Assembly: GCA_951406725.2 (NCBI GenBank)
Contig: OX597837.1
Coordinates: 9,982,001 to 10,046,000, forward strand
DNA from: Octopus vulgaris
Lineage: Eukaryota
Direction: 5' to 3'
DNA length: 64,000 bases
Made by a program: the position numbers and the translations under genes. Each line of letters begins with the position of its first letter. Position 1 is the first letter of the stretch. This document shows, piece after piece, positions 24,830-36,833 of the stretch. The notes under the pieces are model-generated. The model was not told the DNA's origin. It did no database searches and saw nothing but the letters and a program-made list of their open reading frames with translations.

Positions 24830-25835
24830 ACGTGTGTGTTTGTGTGAGTCTTTGTGAGTGTGTGGTGCCGATGGTGTGTGTGTTTGTGTGAGTCTCTGTG
24901 TGTGTGTGTGTGTGGTGCCGATGGTGCTGGTGGTGTGTGTGTTTGTGTGAGTCTGTGTGAGTGCTTGTGGTGTGTGTGTGTTTGTGTGAGTCTGTGTGTG
25001 TGTGTGGTGCCGATGGTGCTGGTGGTGTGTGTGTTTGTGTGAGTCTGTGTGTGTGTGTGGTGCCGATGGTGCTGGTGGTGTGTGTGTTTGTGTGAGTCTG
25101 TGTGTGTATGGTGCCGATGGTGCTGGTGGTGTGTGTGTTTGTGTGAGTCTGTGTGTGTGTGGTGCCGATGGTGCTGGTGGTGTGTGTGTTTGTGTGAGTC
25201 TGTGTGTGTGTGTGTGTGGTGCTGATGGTACTGGTGGTGTGTGTGTTTGTGTGAGTCTGTGTGTGTGTGTGGTGCCGATGGTGCTGGTGGTGTGTGTGTT
25301 TGTGTGAGTCTGTGTGAGTGTGTGGTGCCGATGGTGCTGGTGGTGGTGTGTGTGTTTGTGTGTGTCTGTGTGTGTGTGTGGTGCCGATGGTGCTGGTGGT
25401 GTGTGTGTTTGTGTGAGTCTGTGTGTGTGTGTGGTGCCGATGGTGCTGGTGGTGTGTGTGTTTGTGTGAGTCTGTGTGTGTATGGTGCCGATGGTGCTGG
25501 TGGTGTGTGTGTTTGTGTGAGTCTGTGTGAGTCTGTGGTGCCGATGGTGCTGGTGGTGTGTGTGTTTGTGTGAGTCTGTGTGTGTGTGTGGTGCCGATGG
25601 TGCTGGTGGTGTGTGTGTTTGTGTGAGTCTGTGTGTGTATGGTGCCGATGGTGCTGGTGGTGTGTGTGTTTGTGTGAGTCTGTGTGAGTGTGTGGTGCCG
25701 ATGGTGCTGGTGGTGTGTGTGTTTGTGTGAGTCTGTGTGAGTGTGTGGTGCCGATGGTGCTGGTGGTGTGTGTGTTTGTGTGAGTCTGTGTGTGAGTGTG
25801 GTGCCGATGGTGCTGGTGGTGTGTGTGTTTGTGTG
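24830..25835. repeat. ~52-bp minisatellite (ggtgccgatggtgctggtggtgtgtgtgtttgtgtgagtctgtgtg...), roughly 18-19 units
   Basis: Constant core with variable (TG)n length. Confidence 0.95.
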
Positions 25836-26192
25836 CGTGCGTGCGTGTATATGAGTTATGTGTAAATCATTGTGTGAGCATTGTTGAAACGTGCGTATGT
25901 TAGCGTGGGTGTTGGCATGTGCTGTAGTATATATATACTATACAATATAGCGTCTTTCTCTCTCTCTTTCTCTCTCTTTCTCTCTATGTATATATCAAGA
26001 TTAATCAGCCGAAATTGCGAGGATGATCCGGTTCTTGACTGAAGATTAGAGGCTTCGAATGACCCGTCCGTTTTTTGTGTCGTCTATTTGAGTGTTTTTC
26101 CTTCTTGTCCCATTTTATATTTTTATACATAAATTATTGTGGCGTAACGTACATCTTGTTCTCTTATGTATGTATGTATGTATGTATGTATG

Positions 26193-26245
<53 letters not shown>

Positions 26246-26299
26246 CGTTTTTGGATTATAAGGCACAAAAAGAAAATGACTCTCCCCAGACACAACACA

Positions 26300-26357
<58 letters not shown>

Positions 26358-26598
26358 TTGGAATTTACAAAAAACAAAACAAAAGACGAAGACGGGGGTG
26401 TAAACAACAGACAAATGTATTAGTTTAACGGTCGGGAAGGGTGAAAGTCGTTTATGTTTCGAGCCAACGCTCTTCGACAGAAAGGAACACAGAAATAACT
26501 CCAAACAAAGGCAGCCCAAAGGTCGCCGTTTAACACTTCCCGGGCGTTAAACTAATACACCTGTTTGTTGTGTACACACCCGTCTTGTAAATTCTAAC

Positions 26599-26649
<51 letters not shown>

Positions 26650-26869
26650 CCTCGTGTGTACCGTTGGCGATTTTTTTCCTTCTGTTTTCCCTTCTCTGGA
26701 TCTTTCCTTGTCTTATGTTTCCGACGAAGAGCTCCGCTCGAAACGTTAAACCCTCCTTCTTTCCTGAGCGTCCAATAATACTATATTTGTTCCACGTCCT
26801 CGCGTTGTTGTGTTTTTTTGTGTTTTCTTGTTTGGATTATATATATATATATATACTTGTTCTGAGTAT

Positions 26870-27130
26870 GACTTTAAACAGTATCACGTAGTACGTGAGT
26901 TCCAGGGTTTGAGGGGAGTGGATCCACTTCTTAGCCACTAATATTCCTAGGTCTGTTCGAACCCCGTGTAGCAGCACCTGTTAGGGTCCCAGCAATGGTT
27001 TAATTAGCATCTGAACTACTGGGAGTGGAGAAGCTCTAGTTCTCATCGGAACTTCCTTTTAGGAGAAGGAAAACTCATATTAAAGAAAACCTGAAGTGCG
27101 ATCGGTTTCTGGTTGTCCCAGCGTCTGTTG
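26870..27130 (+). mobile_element. Possible RTE-type LINE 5' region relic
   Basis: aggagaaggaaaactc motif, recalled from RTE 5' UTRs; no ORF support. Confidence 0.3.
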
Positions 27131-27648
27131 TGCCACTGGGATTAGAACTGATTGCAACGGAAAGTAGGGTTCAGTGTTGCACAGCACATCATCAGCTCCA
27201 AACAAATTCGCGCGCAGGAATTTATAGGACTTGCAATATTTGTATGAAAGTACTGCGTTTAAAAAATGGGTCTTATTCGCCTCAAGTTAACTTCTACCAT
27301 ATGCGTGCGCGTGTGCGTACATGTGTGTGTGTGTGTGTGTGCGTGTGTGTGTGTGTGTGTTCTATACATATAGGTTAATTTATGTGAGACAAATGAGACA
27401 TATGATTCCAAGACATGCTGCGGAGGATAGAAACTGAGACTTTGTTTTTCTACTCGTGTTTCACGCAATGTTGGGTATACTTGCATATCAGTATACTACG
27501 CGCACGTGAACACACACACACACACATGCACACACATGCATTATATATATATATACATACGTATATACATATAGATATATGTAATGTATATATATATGTG
27601 TATTTTTATATATATATATATATATATACATTTATGCGCTCACACACT

Positions 27649-27710
<62 letters not shown>

Positions 27711-28244
27711 TATACATACATGCATATTCATATATACAAATATATAAGCGTGAAAACAGGAACCGTACAGTGAATTTTTCATAGAGAACAAAATATCCAA
27801 CGTTTCAGGCAGAATCCTTCTTGAAGATGAAGAAGAAAAGAGAGAAAATTAAGGGATGGCATCAGAGGTTTTGCTTACTCAATATTTGAAAAACTGTGTC
27901 AGATTGGGAGAAGGAAATGCATATAAAAATATATTAAAGAGGCTGAAGAGGAGGATAAGTTGACTTGAGAGGTGAGCTGAAGGAAAAGAATGCGCACAGT
28001 GGCTTAAGAGGAAGCGTGAGAGACGGAAAATCGTTCATATAAACCAGTTTGTTAAATGGTTTTCCCGAGTTTGAACGTGAAACTTTGTCCCTTTCGTTTC
28101 CGTCATCGCTATAAACGCCACCAAAATAATCTGCTGCTGACAAAAACGCAGCTTCATCACCATCACATCAAATAGGAATGTTATTAACAAGCGTAGGCGT
28201 GGCTGTGTGGTTAAGAAAGTCACTTAAAACTATACAATCACGAG

Positions 28245-28330
<86 letters not shown>

Positions 28331-28482
28331 AATCCAAACATGAAAACACAAAAAGAAAACACAACAACGCGAGGACGTGGAACAAATATAGTATTATTGG
28401 ACGCTCAGGAAAGAAGGGAAGAAGGAGGGTTTAACGTTTCGAGCGGAGCTCTTCGTCGGAAACTTAGGAGAATGTATGTATG

Positions 28483-28561
<79 letters not shown>

Positions 28562-28640
28562 ACATATATATATATATACCCACTTACATGTGTATAGATT
28601 TACGTAAATGCATGTGTGCGATCCTGTATGTATACATACT

Positions 28641-28812
28641 TTATTCGTGGGTTAACCAGGCTACCATTGGTTTCATGTTAAGAGAAGTATATCTCTCAAA
28701 AATGATCAGGTCTGTTGCGTGGGACGTCCCAAGCATAACGCTTGAAACATTTTAGGAAATACACCTCTCTTAACATGAAACTAACGGTAGCCTGGTTAAA
28801 CCACGAATAAGG
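28641..28812. repeat. Inverted repeat with ~63 bp arms
   Basis: ttattcgtgggttaaccaggctacc...ttaagagaagt versus its reverse complement at 28749-28812. Confidence 0.85.
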
Positions 28813-29016
28813 AACCCTTATCAACCAATGCAGTGTTAATATCTCATTCTTACTATTTGATATCAGAGTGTATACACATGCACGCGTGCGCACACGCACA
28901 AAAGACAGCTGAGAGCGATTTGATGGAGATTTGGCTGCATTTTCTGTCAGGTCTGACAACCGTCTTCACATATATGTAAGTTAGTATAATGTGATTTGAG
29001 GTATTTTATTGTCATT

Positions 29017-29048
<32 letters not shown>

Positions 29049-29077
29049 AACGCATTCATATGTATATATATATATAC

Positions 29078-29112
<35 letters not shown>

Positions 29113-29441
29113 CACACTTATATGTATATACATCTATATATATATATACATGTACATAGACACACACATATATTTATATACACACATATATTCACACATA
29201 TATATACACACACGCACACACACACACACATATATATACACATATATATATATACTCATATATACACACATATATATATACACATATATATTCACATATA
29301 TATACACATACATATACTTATATATATATGTATATATTTATATGTGTGTGTGTATGTGTGTATGTATATATGTGTGTGTGTATGTATATATATGTGTGTG
29401 TATGTTTATATGTGTGTGTGTATGTATATATACATGTGTGC

Positions 29442-29483
<42 letters not shown>

Positions 29484-29997
29484 CACACACACACACACAA
29501 ACGCGCACGTGTTCATACATAAGATAGTAGAGCCTGATCTGAGGGAGATTTGGCTGTAATTTCCAGCAGTCCGTGCCACCGCGCAGATACCTCCTCGTTG
29601 GCACGCATGCGCAACGTGTCTGTAACATGTGTGGGTGTGCGGCGGTTGACGTGGGTGTAATGTGCGTGGGAATCACGTGTGTGGGTGTTAGACATTGCTG
29701 TTACTACATTATGCATAACGTGACATTAAACAGTTATATGCCAAGGTGTGTATGGCCGTGTGCTGCGCGTGCGGGAGGTGCTGGGGGGAGGTGGGGGAGT
29801 GCGAATGTTGTTTTGTGTGTTTGGAGAAATTGGTCTTCATTTATGCATTAATTTCTGTGTTTATATTGTGCAATTCTATAAGGGCATACGCCGTGTGTGT
29901 ATACGCATGTGCATATATATATATGTGTGTATGTATATGTATATGTATATGTATGTACGCATATATGTACATATATGTATGTGTGTGTGTGTACGTG

Positions 29998-30029
<32 letters not shown>

Positions 30030-30235
30030 TATTTGTGTGTGTGTATATAAGTATGTATATATATATACAAAAACATATCTATATATAAGTATATGTATAT
30101 ATATGTATATGTATGTATATGCATATATACATACATATACATATATATACATACACATACATATACATATATATATATGTACATGTATGTATGTACATGT
30201 ATATATGTACATGTATATATGTACATGTATATATG

Positions 30236-30289
<54 letters not shown>

Positions 30290-30794
30290 CATATATATAT
30301 TTATAATTATGCAGACATGCATATATATTTATACACGAACATGTACATACATACATACATACTTGTATACATATATACGCATACATACATACATGCATAC
30401 ATATATACACATACATACATACGTATATACGTTTACACATACATATTATTAACGTAGAACATAACGGATTATGTATAAACGGTATATATATATACATACA
30501 CCTGTGTGCGTATACACATGTGTATTTATCTAACACGCGCATGCGTCGTATGCATCTGGTTGTGCGCGTGTATATAAATTGATAAAAGGACGTGCACATT
30601 TGAATTAACACTTCTGCTACAAGCAATGATGTAAGTATTGCAGGTTTGTGTATTTATAATGTGAATAAAAGTGCATATAGCGAGTGCAACGGTTGCACAA
30701 TGGAAGCGTTCTATTTTTAGAACTGCAGGCATCTGACGTGCATCCAACCTGACGTGCTGCTGTTAATGAACAGGTGTGTGGATTGAGAAAGAAT

Positions 30795-31495
30795 TCGATG
30801 ATGGTATAATGATGATGATGAGTGGGTGGGGGTGGGGGGGTAATGATGATAATGATGGTGATGGTGCAGGGGTGATGATAATGATGATGATGATGATTAT
30901 GATGATAGTGGTGGTGGTGGGGATGCCGATGATGGGGGGGGGCGGGCAGTGATGGTGATGATGGGGGAGGGTGATGATAATGATCATGATGATGATGATG
31001 ATGACGATGATGATTATGATGATAGTGGTGGTGGTAGTGGGGATGATGATGATGGGGGGAGTCAATGATGATAATGATGGCGATGTTGATGATGGGAGGG
31101 GTGGTATTAATGATGATGGCGATGATGATGATAATGATGATGATGATGACGATGATGATGATGATAGAGGTGGTGGTGGTGGGGATGATGATGATGATGA
31201 TGACGACGACGACGACGACGATGATGATGATGATGATGATAGTGGTGGTGGTGATGACGATGATGATAGTGGTGGTGATGACGATGATGATAGTGGTGGT
31301 GATGACGATGATGATGATAGTGGTGGTAGTGTTGGAATGATGGTGGCTGTGATGATGGTATAAGTGGTATTCTTAATGGCGGTGGTAATATAATGATGAA
31401 GAGCAGGAGGAAGGTGGGGGTGGGGGTGATGATGATGATGATGAGGAGGAGGAGGAGGGTAATGATGGTGATGATGGTGGTGGAATGATGATGGT
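30795..31495. repeat. (GAT/GGT)n trinucleotide low-complexity tract
   Basis: Visible simple repeat. Confidence 0.9.
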
Positions 31496-31631
31496 ATTAG
31501 GCGAGCGAGCTGGCAGAATCGTTGGCACGCCGGGCGAAATGAGGATATCTGTGGGAATATGCGTCTACTTTTGTATACATATGTATTCCAATATCAACAT
31601 ATATTTATGTATATATAAATATATGCATCTT

Positions 31632-31682
<51 letters not shown>

Positions 31683-31715
31683 ACGCACAAATACACACAC
31701 ACACACACACATATA

Positions 31716-32090
31716 CCCGTGGCACTCCGTCGGTTTCGACGACGAGGGTTGTACCAGTTAATCCGATCAACGGAACAGCTTGCTCGTGAAGTTAACCTGC
31801 AAGTGGCTGAGCACTCCACAGTCACACGTGTACCCTTAATGTAGTTCTCGAGGAGACTCAATGTGACACACAGAGTGTGACAAGGCTGGGCCCCTTTGAA
31901 ATACAGGGTGAGAGAAAAGTTGTGGCGAAAGAGTACAGCAGGGTTCACCACCACCACCCTACAGCCGGAGCCTCGTGGAGCTTTAGGTGTTTTCGCTCAA
32001 TAAACACTCACAACGCCCGGTCTGAGAATCGAAACTGCGATGCTATGACCGCGGATCCGCTGCCCTAACCACTAGGTCATTGCACCTCCA
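31716..32090 (-). mobile_element. SINE with family 3 head/body and a family 4-type 3' end
   Basis: 31910-32090 matches 2850-3031; 31716-31910 matches the tail of 10530-10780. Confidence 0.75.
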
Positions 32091-33030
32091 CACACACCCA
32101 CACAAACACACACACACACAAATATATATATATGTATGTATGTATATGCACACGCATACCACACACACACGCACTCACATAGATACATACATAAATACAT
32201 ACATAATAGTTGGAGTGTCTGCTAATGCATATGTCTGTGTTTGTACGCATATATATCTGTTTTTATGTTTGTTTTTATGCTAAGTTAGCTATAAAAAATC
32301 ATTTAACATTAAGTTCATGTTTATCAACTTTTACACAGAAAAGAATAGTAGTGACTGCGAAGTTTTGCTCTGCTCCCCATCATCTCCCAAAAGACTATAT
32401 ACAGTCAAAGGACTATATGTAGCCCTAAAGAACCTAATGATATTTATCGACGCCCAAAGGTTCATATCCAACCCAGTTAGATAATTTTCAGTTGATAAAA
32501 ATACCAACGTGTCTCAGTAGATATCAGTGTCTCCGTAGATGCTTGTCAAAGTGTTAACACTTGGAGAAAACCTCTTATCTGACATTTAGATAGTTTGCAG
32601 ATTTATTGAAGTTGTAAATCATTTGGATTTTTTTCAACTAGACATAACCCTCAACTTATTGTGGAATTTCTACATAGCCTACATCTCCTAAGCGTTTTAC
32701 AAGACATAATACCATACGTAAGTAACCAAAACTCTTAGGGTAACGTCGAGCAGGAAACCAACTAACGATTTTCCACGTTACCACGGCTGTCATAGAAAAT
32801 CTAAGGGGCAAAATAAAAGTAAATAACTTGATTCTGCTAGGCAATCATTTCCGCTGGAACTAAGAGTCGTCCTTTGGAATAACCTGTTTAACATCTTAAC
32901 TAATTAAAATTGTGACTTCATTTGCCGGACAATAATATTGTCTTTTCTAGGCGGCCAAGTGACAGAATCATTAGCACGCCGGTTAAAGTGCTTAGTATCA
33001 TTTCATTCGGATACTCTTTTATTTTTATTA

Positions 33031-33334
33031 CTCTTCTTACTTTTTCAGTCATTTGACTGTGGCCTTGCTGGAGCACCGCCTTTAGTCGAGCAAATCGACC
33101 CCAAGACTTATTCTTTGTAAGCCTAGTACTTATTCTATCGGTCTCTTTTGCCGAACCGGTAAGTTAAGGGGACGTAAACACACCAGCATCGGTTGTCAAG
33201 CGATGTTGTGTGTGTGAAGGGGGGCAAACACAGACACACAAATATATATATACACCCACACACACACACCACACACACACACGACGAAGAGCTCCGCTCG
33301 AAACATACCCTCCTTCTTCCTTTTTCCTGAGCGC

Positions 33335-33388
<54 letters not shown>

Positions 33389-33898
33389 CGACGGGCTTCT
33401 TTCAATTTCCGTCTACTAAATCCACTCACAAGGCTTTGGTCGGCCCGAGGCTATAGTAGAAGACATATGCCCAAGGCGCCACGCAGTGGGACTGAACCCG
33501 GAACTATGTGGTTCGTAAGCAAGCTACTTACCACACAGCCACTCCTAAGCCTATAGATCTTTACATTTTGAATTTAAATGCTATTAGGGTCAACTCCGCT
33601 TTCGGTTCTTTCGAGGTCAATAAGTGCCACCTGAGCACAGGATATGATGTAATCCACTAATTTGAACCTTCAGAAGTTTGAAGCCTTGTGCTTTTAGCAG
33701 AAAGAGCATGACAAAAATTATATATGTATATATATATAGGCAGGAGTGGCTGTGAGGTAAGTAGCTTGTTTACCAACCAAATGGTTCCGGGTTCAGTCCA
33801 ACTGCGTGGCACCTTGGGTAAGTGTCTTCTACTATAGCCTCGGGCCGACTTAAACCTTGTGAGTGGATTTGGTAGACGGAAACTGAAAGAAGCCCGTC

Positions 33899-33969
<71 letters not shown>

Positions 33970-34440
33970 GCATTTCTGACAAACTCTACCGAAGATTTAT
34001 AGATGTAAGTGTAAGTAAAACTACATATTACATTAGTAATGAAACAATTGTATAGAGTCAATCTATTTTATTCGTTGTATTTCACTTTCCTTCCGTTAAA
34101 TGTATGTTGATTCTAGTTGGAAACAGATCTTCTGTGGTTGCTTCGGAGCTATTTTTAGCACTAGAGTTATCCACATAGTGGATAACTCTCTAATAATTTA
34201 TGTATATATATATATATATATTTGTGTGTGTGTGTCTGTGTTTGTCCCCCAAGCGTTGCTTGACAACCGATGCTGGTGTGTTTATGTCTCCGTTACTTAG
34301 CGGTTCGGCAAAAGAGACCGATAGAATAAGTACTGGGCTTACAAATGGATAAGTCCCGGTGTCGAGTTACTCGATTAAAGGCGGTGCTCCAGCATAGCCG
34401 CAGTCAAATGACTGAAACAAGTAAAAGAGTAAAAGAGAGA
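33031..34440. mobile_element. Inverted SINE family 1 copies: 33031-33546 (-), 33738-33901 (+) and 34230-34440 (+)
   Basis: Family motifs on both strands; the minus copy contains a family A fragment in its microsatellite. Confidence 0.85.
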
Positions 34441-34665
34441 GTATATCCACGTGATCCCAATCGTTCTCCTGAAATTGTAACTCCCCCATCGTGGAGGCCT
34501 TCCGGGTGGTCGTGATCACGTGGATGAGAAAAGCGCGATCCAGAGAGGAGTGGGCAGCGTGCTGTGACCAGCGGTGTCAAATGGACGCCCGACAGACTGG
34601 TCGGTCAAGGTGATATATATATATATATGTGTGTGTGTGTAGAGAGAGAGAGAGAGAAAGAGAGA

Positions 34666-35529
34666 ATGCGATGGGTAAATTGTTGCCATATCATACTTTT
34701 AATTTTGCACATGCGCATTGTTTGTTTTTGATTTGTCGACTACACAGTATAGTAGGGTCAGTTGGGCACCATCTGTGAGAAAAAAGCACCATGACGCGAT
34801 TCACTCTGCCAGAAATTTGGAAATGATATACTGTACTGCTTGGCATTCACGCCGGAAGCTCCAATACGAACATTTCAGAGTGTTTGGGTGTCAATCTGAG
34901 TCCTCAAAACATGTAGTGAGGGTGAGAGAGTGATGAAAATCAAACATCATGGTGTTTCGAGTGATCATTCGTGATGGTGACGTTATGCCTCCATTCATCT
35001 TCCCACACTGCCTTAGACTCAACACAGAGGCCTACATCAAGTGCCTGGAGGAGGTAGTGCTACCCTGGGTCAAGGAGGTGGCTGCTGGAAGACCCTATGT
35101 CTGGCAACAGCACTCTGCACCATGCCACACAAGCAGGGAAACCCAGTCATTACTGTCACACAGTTTCTGCGACCACACCATCCCTAACATCTGGCCACCT
35201 AACTTCCCATACCGCAACCCCCAGGCGTGGCTGTGTGGTTAGTAGCTTGCTTACCAACCGCATAGTTCACTTGTGTGAGAGACCAACAAAACTCCTTGTA
35301 ACACCAAGGAGTTTGGCAGCATTCACCAACTTAAACAAGGGAACTTTCCAGATTCCGAAGTTGTCTGGAGGCCGTGATTGAAGCCAATGGCGATTTTCTT
35401 GAATAAATTTTCTCTTAAGTATTTCAAGATATTTTTATGTAATTTAGGTAAATATATCTGTTAAAATAAGATGTCAATATTATTTTCATTTTTGCATTAT
35501 TTAGACGACAGTTTATTTACCGCACCCTG
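34666..35529 (+). mobile_element. Internally deleted Tc1/mariner (maT/rosa-like) transposon
   Basis: Peptide GDVMPPFIF..LNTEAYIKCLEEVVLPWV..GRPYVWQQHSAPCHTS..WPPN.P.NP (decayed QQDxAPxH and WPPxSPDxNPxD motifs); right terminus tttatttaccgcaccctg. Confidence 0.85.
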
Positions 35530-35725
35530 TGTTAGCCACTACACACATTTTTTTCTTTCCTTGTTTCTCTCCTTGTTTTTTTTTTTTTTTCTGTGTCCCT
35601 TTCTGTAGAAGAGCGTAGGCTCGAAACGTAAAATACTCTTTCTATTCCTGAGCATTATACTAATACATCTGTTTGTTTTGTACACCACCTGTCTTCGTCT
35701 TTTGTTTTTTTCGTAGACTCTCCCT
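35530..35725 (+). mobile_element. Short element, family B, with hammerhead-like motif at 35599-35634
   Basis: Near-identical to 20800-20990. Confidence 0.7.
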
Positions 35726-35921
35726 ATATACACACATATATATATATATATATTTAATCTTAGGTCCGGGTAGTATATAAAGGTGGGTATTTCCAGAGAA
35801 GTATCAACCTGAATTCTGGATAATCAAACTGTCGGTTTCCAGACCAATGCCAGAATTCTTCAAGTGTAGAAAAGCCTAGTTTCACGACGGTTACACGAAG
35901 AGTAAACTTACATATATATGT

Positions 35922-36311
35922 AAGGAATTGCGCCAAATTTTGGCATTGTAAGCTACACCAATGCTAGAACGGGACGACACTGCATAGTGCCAAAGACCCC
36001 AGCAATGCCATCGCGCTTCAGGACCAGCTACTGCAACAGCCCGGGTTTCAAGGGCCCACAGCTTTTTAATATTCTCCCAAAGAGTCTGAGGAACTTGCAC
36101 AAAGTAGATGTAGCGGTTTTTAAATCAAAGCTGGACCTCTTCCTGTCGAGAGTCCCAGATGAACCTGCCTCACGGCAAGAGGTGCAAATGAGGGTAGCTA
36201 TATCAAACTCCATTCTTCAACAAGTGCCACATATTAGAGGAGGCTCTTAGTAATAACAGTGTAGCACAAAACGGCGGTGCATCAGCATGGCCGCAGCTCT
36301 GAGCTGAAACT
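35922..36311 (+). mobile_element. 5'-truncated LINE: ORF2 C-terminus and 3' UTR (CR1/L2-group-like)
   Basis: Peptide GPQLFNILPKSLRNL...FKSKLDLFLSRVPDEP is typical of post-RT C-termini; the 3' end matches the SINE family 1 tail. Confidence 0.75.
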
Positions 36312-36411
36312 TTTAAAAATATATATAAATGAATATATGCGTGTCCATAGGTGACCAGATATTGATTGATTTTCGTTGCTTTTCCTCTCTGCCTGTGTGG
36401 ATTGTTTTCAA

Positions 36412-36680
36412 GTATTTTGGTTTTTCTGGGAGTCCCTTTTTGAAGTAGAAGAAATAGCTAACGTTTTTTGGCTGCTATTTCTAAACTTCGGTATGTGGTA
36501 AAGCAAATCTTTGCTGAACCCTGATTATAAAGTATATATATTATATATTAATTTTATATATATAACCTTAGCTATTTCTTCTACTTTAAAAAGAAACTCC
36601 CGGAATTCATGCCGAATTCTACTTGGTGAAATTATTGATTATTGGTTAATTAATTAATTTTACCCTTTGTTATTATTGAT
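36412..36680. repeat. Rearranged copy of the 7131-7450 foldback element
   Basis: Shares gctgctatttctaaacttcggt...gctgaaccct and catgccgaattctact...ccctttgttatta. Confidence 0.75.
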
Positions 36681-36691
36681 AATATATATAA

Positions 36692-36753
<62 letters not shown>

Positions 36754-36833
36754 CCATTAGAACTCTTCCTCTAATGTTGTTTCGCTCTACTTGCAGGGTA
36801 CATTTGTGGTTCAAGAACAACAATCGGCACAGA

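Noticed and set aside
24830-25835. CRISPR-like repeat-spacer array
   Set aside because: The spacers are just variable (TG)n, there are no cas genes, and the context is eukaryotic; it is a minisatellite.
27795-27828. Minus-strand hammerhead-like motif (agg-attctg-cct-GAAACGTT-ggat)
   Set aside because: Stem II and GAAACGUU are present but the core box is too decayed (TTCAAGA), and there is a single copy; possibly a dead relative, not supportable alone.
30971-31363. Asp/Gly-rich ORF resembling an acidic biomineral protein
   Set aside because: It is a (GAT)n/(GGT)n repeat open in more than one frame, with no complex coding sequence.
36744-36833. ORF-track start MYISIRTL and C-terminal extension to 39515
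   Set aside because: The start lies in the (TA)n and intron upstream of the acceptor at 36796, and the ORF end is read-through past the donor at 39436.
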